64,000 nt of DNA from Candidatus Heimdallarchaeota archaeon (GTDB taxonomy: Archaea > Asgardarchaeota > Heimdallarchaeia > JABLTI01): NCBI GenBank assembly GCA_019056785.1, contig DXJV01000084.1:32001-96000 (forward strand). The letters are read 5' to 3'. The notes beneath the pieces were generated by a model. That model saw only the letters and a program-made list of their open reading frames with translations, made no database searches and was not told the DNA's origin. Of the stretch, positions 38,823 through 47,283 are shown piece after piece; the stretch's first letter is position 1; each line of letters starts with the position of its first letter. Both the position numbers and the translations under genes were made by a program.

Positions 38823-41300
38823 TTAATTATCCTTCTTTTTCAAAGCTAATTGAACGTTTTCCAAAGCCTGTTTGCACAAGTGAAAATTATTTTTCGTTAT
38901 CTTATGATCACTAAAACGCGCTTCCTCATAACGCATTACTAGCATTGTGATGTCCCGGACAGGAACACGATTTGTAGAATTGACAATTCGAGCTAATTCT
39001 CTCGGAGAGAGCTTAGTAGCCTCAGAGATAAATAAATCCTGTATACAGAGTAATTCGAATGCACGATAGCACAAGATTACGGCACGACGATAGTCCTTAG
39101 CTTTAGCAGCTTCATCAAGCATTTTCATGACTGTCGAAAGATCGAGCCCTTCTCCCAATTCGCCTACAGCAAGAGTCTTTTTCGCTTTCCGGAAGCGCCC
39201 GAAAGCATAGATAACTGAAATTAGCACAATTAATGATACAGTTGATACAAGTATTCCAATTGCAAGTTTATCTGACAAATTCAAACCTCCATTTGGTTGT
39301 GTTGATGACGGTGGGGTTGTGGATGATGGTGGAGTAGCAGCAGGAGCACTAACCTCCATTTGGAAGGTGAAAATGCTGCTGGGGTCATCATTGAATGTGA
39401 TAGTAATAGTGTAGTTATTAGCTGGAAACCTGAGGAATCCAGCTGAGGGCAAAGTGAGATTTCCCGCACTATTTAATGTTTCATTATATGTTATGAATCC
39501 TCCGATTTGGATAACTATTGCACGACCGCCAACTCCCCTACCAAAATTGTCTGTTATAGCAGTGTGGAAAGTAAAATTCGTATAATTGTAAATAATGTTC
39601 CCGGCAAGGGTGCTAACTCTTGAGCCATCAATTATTTCAGTTCGATTAAGCCAAACTCTAATCTGGACAGATGTAAAGACATTAACCAAGAAACTGGTAT
39701 TGGAGGCAGTATAATATCTTGTAGTGCCTGTTGTTAAATAAACAGTGCCATTTTTCAAGGCAGGGTTTACTGTTTCAGGAATTTGTAAAAGTAGATTGTA
39801 ACTCCCAGAACTAGATGTTATTGCACTAACTGGTATCCCAAAGTCCTCCCATTGAGCTGACACTGAAATATTCTCTATGCCAACATTACTAAATGAATCC
39901 CGAATTGTGCCGGTGATTGAGATGTTCTCTCCAGGCATTGCCAAAACAGTGCTTGAAGTTACAAGTGAGCCATTAACAAGGGGTGTTGCGACGGTGGAAT
40001 TCCCGTAAATGGTAATATTATGATATTCCACACTTGCAGTTATGCCTTGACCGGGGGCAACATCTACAGATAATGGATGATCACCAACGGTTAAAGAATT
40101 GTTTAAAATAAAGGTGGTACTAAAATTGCCGTCAGCAGCAGAAGCAAAACTATGAACAGTTGTAGAACTATCGGCTAAAACATTCAGATTGACCGGAAAA
40201 CCAAACGGATTGCCGTTAGTATCGGTAATTTGACCTGAGAGAGAAATGCTAGTAATCCCCCGAAGAACGCTGGGGTAGAGGAAAGGCGCGGGAGGTAAGG
40301 GGTTATCAATGGAAAAAGTAATTCCTGCCCCAGAAAACACTTCAATGCTTTGTGAAGTGTTACACCAGTCGGCCGCAGGAGAAGACAATTGGGAGGCAGA
40401 GGTAATCGTTCCAACAACATACGGAAGACCCAATGTTGTGAGGTTATAAGAAGCAATAAGAATATGAGAACCTAAAGAGGTTGTACCTGGAACAATAAAA
40501 GTTGTATGAGCAATTAACCCACTAATTGAGACTTCAGTCACATTCCCAAGCCAGCTAAAAGTTATGTTTGTACCTTCAGCAGCTGTGATTGGTTGGGGGT
40601 TAGAAAGCGTACTATTATCAAAGAATAAAGCAGCATCAGCAGTAAAGCCATTGTTTCGACGAACAATTGTTTGATTTACTTGCATTAACATTATACCGTA
40701 AGCATAACATTCAATTGTATCAGTCGTAAATTGACGATTATCCTCGATGGGCCCAAGTAGGGGATCGCCAGGAAAAACGGAATAAACTGTTTGCTGCCCT
40801 GCAGATTTGGAATGATCATTATCAACACAAGTAATGGTAAAATCGCCATTACTATTCGTTGTACCTTGGCCAATAAGATAATTATTTTCTAAATTAGTCC
40901 TATCTGTCTCGTATTCTGCCCAAGTAAAATGCTCCCAGAAAATCTTAATTGGTTCTCCGGGAATGCCTTCGCCAGTAGAGTTATCTACAAGCCGGCCCGT
41001 AACAACAAATGCTTCCCCCCGAACAATGGTCGTTGGGTTTAAGGACTCAAGATGATGAGAATTTTGATTCGGAGTCGATTGGGCAGACATTATTGTGTTA
41101 GCAGCATCAGCAGGCAAAATAGTTGCTGTAAGAACAGTCGAAGAAGACGCTTCCCCTGGTGGTAGGTTATTAACTGAAGAGGAAGGAACCGAAGTTGGAG
41201 GAAATAGGATGGAAGAAAAGGCCAGTAGAATGAGGAAAACACAAAAACCCAGTACAATAAAGACCGAGTACTTATAGGGAGAAGTTTTTCTTACCGCCAA
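38823..41300 (-). CDS. Large Ig-like-repeat surface protein with TM helix and cytoplasmic DUF4129 domain
   Basis: Signal anchor, repeated beta-rich G.L.D..G units, a P/S/T linker, a TM helix, then DYRRAVI..Y...SPRELA...YEEARFS.H. Confidence 0.82.
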   Translation of the reverse strand: MAVRKTSPYKYSVFIVLGFCVFLILLAFSSILFPPTSVPSSSVNNLPPGEASSSTVLTATILPADAANTIMSAQSTPNQNSHHLESLNPTTIVRGEAFVVTGRLVDNSTGEGIPGEPIKIFWEHFTWAEYETDRTNLENNYLIGQGTTNSNGDFTITCVDNDHSKSAGQQTVYSVFPGDPLLGPIEDNRQFTTDTIECYAYGIMLMQVNQTIVRRNNGFTADAALFFDNSTLSNPQPITAAEGTNITFSWLGNVTEVSISGLIAHTTFIVPGTTSLGSHILIASYNLTTLGLPYVVGTITSASQLSSPAADWCNTSQSIEVFSGAGITFSIDNPLPPAPFLYPSVLRGITSISLSGQITDTNGNPFGFPVNLNVLADSSTTVHSFASAADGNFSTTFILNNSLTVGDHPLSVDVAPGQGITASVEYHNITIYGNSTVATPLVNGSLVTSSTVLAMPGENISITGTIRDSFSNVGIENISVSAQWEDFGIPVSAITSSSGSYNLLLQIPETVNPALKNGTVYLTTGTTRYYTASNTSFLVNVFTSVQIRVWLNRTEIIDGSRVSTLAGNIIYNYTNFTFHTAITDNFGRGVGGRAIVIQIGGFITYNETLNSAGNLTLPSAGFLRFPANNYTITITFNDDPSSIFTFQMEVSAPAATPPSSTTPPSSTQPNGGLNLSDKLAIGILVSTVSLIVLISVIYAFGRFRKAKKTLAVGELGEGLDLSTVMKMLDEAAKAKDYRRAVILCYRAFELLCIQDLFISEATKLSPRELARIVNSTNRVPVRDITMLVMRYEEARFSDHKITKNNFHLCKQALENVQLALKKKDN

Positions 41301-41409
41301 CAGGATTCATACCACCAGATCAAATTGTCTTACATGGTTCAATTACTCTTTTATTATTATTATTCTAAAATGTAAACCACTTATTTATAGATTCTTAATT
41401 GTGCACTTT

Positions 41410-41756
41410 AAAAAAAGCGGATCGAAGAAGGTGGAAAGGATAAAGACCTTCAAAAATTTACTAAACCAGGTCGATGGTCGGGCTTAGCACCAGTAAACTG
41501 GGCTTAGGGGCCGACCATCTGTTTGAATAACACTTCAACGGTTTGGCATTCTAGGACTCATCAAATTGTGTTATTCCAATCTGGCTCTTACAATTTCACC
41601 ACTTTTGGAACACCATTCTTCTATCGGGCAGTAAGAAGATTCCCCAAACTCTTGTGGCTCAGAGTCTATTCAATACAAGGAATAGCTCTCCTGTTTGAGG
41701 GCGTCCTATGATGAAATGATAAGCGCGATTACTTTTCCTTAGATCCTCAAACACAT
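41410..41756 (-). ncRNA. Putative ~345-nt structured non-coding RNA of unknown class
   Basis: At least seven contiguous or nested stems with perfect 5-9-bp cores. A TATA-like element lies ~25 nt upstream of the first stem and a T7 tract follows the last. No convincing ORF. Confidence 0.6.
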
Positions 41757-41867
41757 TCTATCTATTATACACTTACCAATAAAAAAGTTACCTTTCAACC
41801 TTTTCCTTTTTTGTTCAACTCTTTCTTCTCACCGGCTAATTGTCTATGTTATTTTTTACAGGAGCGC

Positions 41868-41942
41868 AATTACAGTTTATTGTAATAGAATTACATAGAT
41901 TTAAATACTCATTTATGTAAGTTAAGTATAGGAAAATGTAAT
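41868..41942 (+). promoter_or_regulatory. Promoter (TTTAAATA 41900-41907) embedded in repeated TGTAAT/ATTACA inverted half-sites; likely operator
   Basis: ATTACA 41869, TGTAAT 41881, ATTACA 41890, TATGTAA 41914 and TGTAAT 41937, all upstream of an ArsR-like regulator. Confidence 0.5.
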
Positions 41943-41956
41943 TAAGGAGAAGAAAA

Positions 41957-42055
41957 ATGATGCGTTGGAAAAAACGAAAAGTCAAAGAACAAATCAGGAA
42001 AGAATTAGAAAAAATAAGACTAAAAATGGGATTAGTTGTAGAGATGAGAAACTAA
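41957..42055 (+). CDS. Small basic protein, 32 aa (absent from the ORF track)
   Basis: MMRWKKRKVKEQIRKELEKIRLKMGLVVEMRN*, preceded by AAGGAGAAGAAAA, the same RBS sequence that precedes the next gene. Confidence 0.5.
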   Translation: MMRWKKRKVKEQIRKELEKIRLKMGLVVEMRN

Positions 42056-42071
42056 AAGGAGAAGAAAAAAG

Positions 42072-43124
42072 ATGTCAAATAAAAGAGAAAAAAAGAGAAT
42101 AGAACTTGAAAGAGAAATTCAAGAATTACAACGAAAATTACAAAGACTCTATGCTAAGGAAGGAGAAGAAGACGAGGAAGTGGATTTTGTCCGTCCATTA
42201 CCACCATTACCACCAACACCACCGAGGGCAGGAAAAAGAAAAACAATCTATAGTACAACTTTAAAGGAAGGCGAACCAAGCGAAAAAGCCAGGAAAATCG
42301 AGAAAGAACGAATGCGACTGCAACGAGAGAAACGCCGGGAAGAATTAAATAAATTACGGCAAGAATTAAATGTACGCGAAAAAGAGTATCAGAAACGCAA
42401 ACGAGAATTTGAGCGACTTCGGCGGGAGATTCGTGAAAAGGAGCGACTCGTTCGTGAAAAAGAGCGAGAACTGAGAAAAAGGAGTTATGGAAGTTACTCT
42501 TTTGATATGGACCTTGATGAGGATATTGAAGGCATGACTTCAGAACTCGAAACACGCCTTGGTGAGTATACTCGGTCCATCCTGGCATCAGTCGCTGAAA
42601 GCTTGAAATCCTCAATGGGGATTGTTATAGGCTCTACCAGCGAAGTCGGCAAGGATCTGAAGACTGTTGGGAATGAGCTTGGTAAGATTGGAAAAGAGAT
42701 CACTCAAAAAATCACCAAAGATTTGTATGGCACTGTTGGGCCGAGAATTCCCACTGATAAATTAGAAGAATTCTATGAGATTGGCGCAAGTATAGTTTCA
42801 GCAATTGGCGATCCAAATAGACTCCGAATTTTGAAGGAATTGGAAAAAGGCCCCATGTATCAAAAGGAATTGAGTGAAATTACCAATCTCCGGGGCGGGA
42901 CATTTAAACACCATATGGACAAACTCCTTGATGAGAAGGTGAAGTTTGTCACCCAAGAAGTCGTGCGTGGGCGCTATATCTTAACTACACGCGGCCGTGA
43001 AGCTTTGAAATTAGCTGAAATACAATATATACGCTATCTCGAGGAGAAGGAGAAAACAAAACGCCGGGAAAAAGCATCGGCATCAAAGGATTCCGATGAG
43101 GAATTTGATGTGAAAATTCAATAA
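42072..43124 (+). CDS. ArsR-family wHTH regulator with long N-terminal charged coiled coil
   Basis: AIGDPNRLRILKEL.KGP....EL...GG...HH..KL...Y.LT.RG. The N-terminus is E/R/K-rich with a poly-Pro stretch. Confidence 0.8.
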   Translation: MSNKREKKRIELEREIQELQRKLQRLYAKEGEEDEEVDFVRPLPPLPPTPPRAGKRKTIYSTTLKEGEPSEKARKIEKERMRLQREKRREELNKLRQELNVREKEYQKRKREFERLRREIREKERLVREKERELRKRSYGSYSFDMDLDEDIEGMTSELETRLGEYTRSILASVAESLKSSMGIVIGSTSEVGKDLKTVGNELGKIGKEITQKITKDLYGTVGPRIPTDKLEEFYEIGASIVSAIGDPNRLRILKELEKGPMYQKELSEITNLRGGTFKHHMDKLLDEKVKFVTQEVVRGRYILTTRGREALKLAEIQYIRYLEEKEKTKRREKASASKDSDEEFDVKIQ

Positions 43125-43142
43125 CACAGGAGTTGGTTATAA

Positions 43143-43844
43143 GTGCAACTAGAATTAATAAATGAACCCCTAAAGGTCACTCAGCCAACCATAATTGCTG
43201 ACTTGGAAGATACAATGGTCACAATTGGCAAGCGTTCTCGAATGTTTCCGGTAAAGGACTTTAAAACAAACGAAATAAAAGGCTACTATATTGTTGGAGA
43301 CATCTATCTCGGAGCAGATACAATTGTGATTACTGAACAAGGCGCAGTTGGTGACCCCATTGAGAAACTTGCAAGAGAAGCTTTTGTTAGTAATCAAAAC
43401 ATAGATTTATCGAATGCTAAACCGGATAATGTCTCCGAGAAGGACTTTCGGAAAATCGAACTTGATGCCTACCGAAATTTCCAAAAAATGGAGAAATTCG
43501 GATTGGAGCACAAAAAAATCGTCATCGAGGGCATCAAATTTCATCTATCTAAAAAAATTGCCGGGAAATACTTTTTTGTCTATCTCTTTAACCCCAAGGA
43601 GTTCATTCTTGTAAAAGAGCGTGAATTACTTATTGCCCTCTCGGATGAAGACCGTGCAATTATCATCTGTAATAAGGCGAAGAACTCTTATGTTGAGGTG
43701 TCTAAAAGTCAAGGGGTAAAGATTTCTAATCAAAAAGGTGAAACGATTAATGCAAATTCAACGAATGGTTTGGTCATTAATGGTCGCGGATTAGATGAAA
43801 TTATCTTTACTGTGTTTGACAACTTGAAAAATGTTTTCCAATGA
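43143..43844 (+). CDS. Hypothetical beta-rich protein
   Basis: 233-aa ORF with a GGAG RBS, 18 nt after the regulator. Confidence 0.65.
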   Translation: MQLELINEPLKVTQPTIIADLEDTMVTIGKRSRMFPVKDFKTNEIKGYYIVGDIYLGADTIVITEQGAVGDPIEKLAREAFVSNQNIDLSNAKPDNVSEKDFRKIELDAYRNFQKMEKFGLEHKKIVIEGIKFHLSKKIAGKYFFVYLFNPKEFILVKERELLIALSDEDRAIIICNKAKNSYVEVSKSQGVKISNQKGETINANSTNGLVINGRGLDEIIFTVFDNLKNVFQ

Positions 43845-43944
43845 AATATTGAAAAAATGAGAAGAAAGGAGGCTATTTTAGCCCTTTTTCCTTTTTTTAA
43901 GGCACAAACGGAACGTTTTTATCCAACAACACTAAGTAATTTCC

Positions 43945-44643
43945 CTATTCTTGAGCGGGTGGTTTTTTCAGAGCTTTTATTTCTTTTTTGAGTGTTTTTA
44001 CCTGCCGTTTTAAGCTTTTGATTTCTTTTGCGTTTTTGTTTAGTAATTCCTGCATTGATTGAATGTCATTTGTTAATGTAGTAAATTTTTCTTCAATTTG
44101 CTGATAGGTGCTTGGTGTTGGTTTCAATACTGGCGCGGCTTCACTAGTACCTATATCCTCACTAGCTTGTCTTTGTGGCAACGGTCTCGGCTCACGAAGA
44201 TGTATTTTTCCAATATCATCTGCGCTCGCATCGACCTTTGGTTTGCTTGCCGGTGTGTATTCGCTCATTGTCACCTTCTCTGCGCGAGTATTTGCTTGTT
44301 TGATTATTTCTTGTACACTTACTTCACTGTTGATATATTTTTTGGGTATCGTTTCTTTTACAAATACTTGCCCCTCTTTTGGAATTTGATCAATGATTTC
44401 ATTTACCACTCGGTCTACAACGACAGGCGACAAGTAAATTTCTTCTGTATCTAACAACCACTTTAAGCTCTTTTCGATCTCTTCCGGTAGGTCTCGTAAA
44501 GTCGTTCCCTTTAGAATGTTCATTGGTTTTGATTTAAATGGGGTCGACCCACGGCAAAGAAATAGTGCATAATATTTCCCTTCTAAACCAAATTTAATTG
44601 AAAAAGTCGTTCCGGGGATTCGAGTTAAAGATTCCTCACTCAC
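43945..44643 (-). CDS. Hypothetical protein with C-terminal coiled coil
   Basis: Globular N-terminus, Pro-rich linker and a heptad-repeat C-terminus. Confidence 0.65.
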   Translation of the reverse strand: MSEESLTRIPGTTFSIKFGLEGKYYALFLCRGSTPFKSKPMNILKGTTLRDLPEEIEKSLKWLLDTEEIYLSPVVVDRVVNEIIDQIPKEGQVFVKETIPKKYINSEVSVQEIIKQANTRAEKVTMSEYTPASKPKVDASADDIGKIHLREPRPLPQRQASEDIGTSEAAPVLKPTPSTYQQIEEKFTTLTNDIQSMQELLNKNAKEIKSLKRQVKTLKKEIKALKKPPAQE

Positions 44644-44738
44644 AGTAATCCTTCCTGATTATTTGATTATAACCACAATAGAAAGAACTGATATAAATTA
44701 ATTGTCTTTACGGAGAAAAGCCGAGAAGAAGGTTTTAA

Positions 44739-45575
44739 ATGGGGCAAACAATTAGGTTAAATGATAGAAGTACAGTTGTTGAGAGCAAAATGACCAATGA
44801 AAATCTTTTCCATATTATAAATAACCGTCGTTCGATTAGGAAATTTTTGGACAAAGAGATCCCTAAGGAACTTATTGAGAAAATCTTAGCCGCAGGGTTC
44901 CGAGCGCCATTCGCTTACCAAAGTTGCAGTATTGTTTATACGCAAGATAAAGAAAAAATTAGCAAACTGAAAAAGATGGGTATTTATCCATCCACAAAAC
45001 TATTCATGGTATTCTTTATTGATTTTCACAGATTAGAAAAGCTGCTTCACAAACGGGGGTATAAATATGATTTTGATGACAGCTTATTCCTTTGGCTAGC
45101 TATACAGGATGCAACACTCGTTTGTGAAAATGTTATATTGGCAGCCGAAGCAGTCGGTCTTGGGTCCGTTTTACTTGGAGGAGCACCATTTTTGTATAAC
45201 GAAATCAAAACAGTCTTTAATACCCCACCAAAAGTTTTCCCGGTTGTTGGTTTATGTCTTGGCTGGCCAGATCCCGAACACATAATGACAGTTCGGCCCC
45301 GGTTCCCTTTAAAATATTCAGCCTTCGAAGACACTTACAAACCATTTACAGATGAGATGATTCAAGAATGCATGAAAGCAATGGATGAAGGGTATTTAAC
45401 TCAAGGATATTACATTAAACTTGGGGCAAAAATACCTTTGAAAAACAAAGAAGACAAAATAGGGGTTGATAAATATTCTTGGTCAGAACACATCAGTCGG
45501 AAGATTAGCCAGGGGAGTTGGTATAAGGAAACGCTGCCAACCATTTTACGGAAGGAAGGGTTTAATCTAGAGTAG
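44739..45575 (+). CDS. Nitroreductase (NfsA/Frp-like)
   Basis: RRSIRKF, AP...Q, A.QDA.L..EN..LAAE..GLGSV, GLCLGWP and RPR.P motifs. Start is probably ATG 44790. Confidence 0.88.
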   Translation: MGQTIRLNDRSTVVESKMTNENLFHIINNRRSIRKFLDKEIPKELIEKILAAGFRAPFAYQSCSIVYTQDKEKISKLKKMGIYPSTKLFMVFFIDFHRLEKLLHKRGYKYDFDDSLFLWLAIQDATLVCENVILAAEAVGLGSVLLGGAPFLYNEIKTVFNTPPKVFPVVGLCLGWPDPEHIMTVRPRFPLKYSAFEDTYKPFTDEMIQECMKAMDEGYLTQGYYIKLGAKIPLKNKEDKIGVDKYSWSEHISRKISQGSWYKETLPTILRKEGFNLE

Positions 45576-45581
45576 CGATGT

Positions 45582-46217
45582 TTAACCCTTTTTGCTTTTT
45601 CCAAAAGTACAATCATCTTGTAAAAAACAGTCAGAACAGCGTGGGTTGTTCTTAAAGCAAAAGGTTTTGGCATGCTGAACAAGAAGAGCATGGAATTCAT
45701 TAAATAGTCTGGGATCGGGTTCAAGGGCGTTTTCATAGTACTGTTTCCAAAACCGTTTGGCTTTTGCTTCACCAAAACCCAAACGATTGCTTATCCGCAC
45801 AGTATAGGCATCTACCACAAATTCCGGTTGATTGAAGAGATATAATAATATAGAATCAGCTGTTTCCTCACCTATTCCTTTTACTGAAAGAAGTTCCTCG
45901 CGAGTTGGTTGTGGATTACACTGAAAGAATTTGGAGAGATTTCTTAGGTAAAGCGCTTTTTGATTAAAGAAGCCTGCTGGGGCGATCAATTTTTTCAAGT
46001 TGTCAAGCTTACAATCCAGGATTTTTTGGGGCGAGAGGAGATCATTTTCTCGCAGATTTTCCAGTGCTAATTCCACATTCTGCCAAGAAGTGTTTTGGGT
46101 TAATACTGCCCCCACTGCTATTTCAAAGCCTTCGCCCGGCCACCAATTTTGTGGCCCATAATAAGCTAGGAGCTTTTCAAAAAGAACCTTAGGCGTTAAT
46201 TTCATGGAGGCATCCAC
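45582..46217 (-). CDS. Endonuclease III-like HhH-GPD glycosylase with 4Fe-4S cluster
   Basis: WWP, GAVLTQNTSW.NV, LLSVKGIGEETADSILLY, VDAYT.R and CX6CX2CX5C motifs. Confidence 0.9.
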   Translation of the reverse strand: MDASMKLTPKVLFEKLLAYYGPQNWWPGEGFEIAVGAVLTQNTSWQNVELALENLRENDLLSPQKILDCKLDNLKKLIAPAGFFNQKALYLRNLSKFFQCNPQPTREELLSVKGIGEETADSILLYLFNQPEFVVDAYTVRISNRLGFGEAKAKRFWKQYYENALEPDPRLFNEFHALLVQHAKTFCFKNNPRCSDCFLQDDCTFGKSKKG

Positions 46218-46350
46218 GTCATCATTAAATGCTTCCCTTATTTTTAGAGTTTTCTTTTTTGAAAGTGATTAATTCTAAAGAACATTAATTAGGGAATAAT
46301 GGGCAAATAATATTGAAGAACACCTTACAAGTCAGTAAGGAGGAATTGCC

Positions 46351-46758
46351 GTGGAATTATCTGAAATTGTGAGAATTAGTGAAAAAGGAGAACTTGTTAT
46401 CCCCCAGCATATTATGGATAGCGTAGGGATAGTTGAAAAGATGCATGTGATTATTCGAGCAGATGTTAATAATAGAGAAATCAAAATTATCCCGTTTACT
46501 ACCTCTGAGGGAAATCTCGTGGAATTTAAAATTACACTAGCGGATATGCCCGGTGCATTGGCAAAATGTGCGGCTTTTTTGAGTGAGCATGGACTTAACC
46601 TTGTTGCAAGTGAATCACGCACAATTCAACATGGAGAAATTGCTCACTGGTATGTCATTGCGGACATTTCAAATTGTAAAGAAAACATTCGAGACTTATG
46701 CAAGAAACTTAAAAACAAGGGGTTGGCTACCGAGGTGGTTTGTAGTAGCATCCATTAA
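46351..46758 (+). CDS. AbrB/SpoVT-type DNA-binding domain plus ACT domain regulator
   Basis: RISEKGELVIP...SVGI followed by D.PGALAK...L...GLNL. Confidence 0.82.
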   Translation: MELSEIVRISEKGELVIPQHIMDSVGIVEKMHVIIRADVNNREIKIIPFTTSEGNLVEFKITLADMPGALAKCAAFLSEHGLNLVASESRTIQHGEIAHWYVIADISNCKENIRDLCKKLKNKGLATEVVCSSIH

Positions 46759-47162
46759 AACTCTGTTTCCTCATTTACCAGAACATCTGAAACGTCATCA
46801 ATAGGCTCGAGAACATAAGCAGGTTCTCCACGAAGGGTTCGTCTGGCCTGAACTATTAGAAGCGCACCGGTTACAGATGCCAAAATGAATAGGGCAAAGC
46901 CAATTATTTGTTCAATAAGAAGAAGGGTTTTATCAGGTTGACCTGGATGAACAAAAAAGGAGATTATTACCAAAATTAGAACGGTGATGCTTAGGGCCAG
47001 AATAACAATGCCTAATAATTGATTAAGAGAGCTGGACAATTGCTTTGATTTAGTCTGATAATCATTTTCTTCTTGTAAAGAATCATCCTCGAGATTATTA
47101 TCCTCCGGAGGAAATGGGTCAGTTTTTTTTGGCTGAGGAGCAGCAGGCGCCATTTCAATCAA
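46755..47162 (-). CDS. Hypothetical 2-TM membrane protein
   Basis: Acidic N-terminus and two hydrophobic helices. Confidence 0.6.
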   Translation of the reverse strand: MIEMAPAAPQPKKTDPFPPEDNNLEDDSLQEENDYQTKSKQLSSSLNQLLGIVILALSITVLILVIISFFVHPGQPDKTLLLIEQIIGFALFILASVTGALLIVQARRTLRGEPAYVLEPIDDVSDVLVNEETEF

Positions 47163-47283
47163 TCCAATCTTTGAAAAGTAACAGTTAGTTTATACTTTAT
47201 AATGTTATCAGTATTTTGAAGATGCTTGAGAAAATTTTATTGCTCAAATCACACAATGTTATGTACTATTCAAGGTAATTAAA

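Noticed and set aside
41523-41711. 62-aa + strand ORF inside the structured region
   Set aside because: It has a TTG start with no RBS and no protein-like features, and the region is better explained by nested RNA helices.
41410-41756. Identification of the structured element as RNase P RNA, SRP RNA, a cobalamin riboswitch, a hammerhead, or a C/D or H/ACA guide
   Set aside because: Only isolated fragments (GGCUUA, UGAUGA, UGAAA, ACA) occur, not in the required order or context. A covariance-model search is needed to exclude these firmly.
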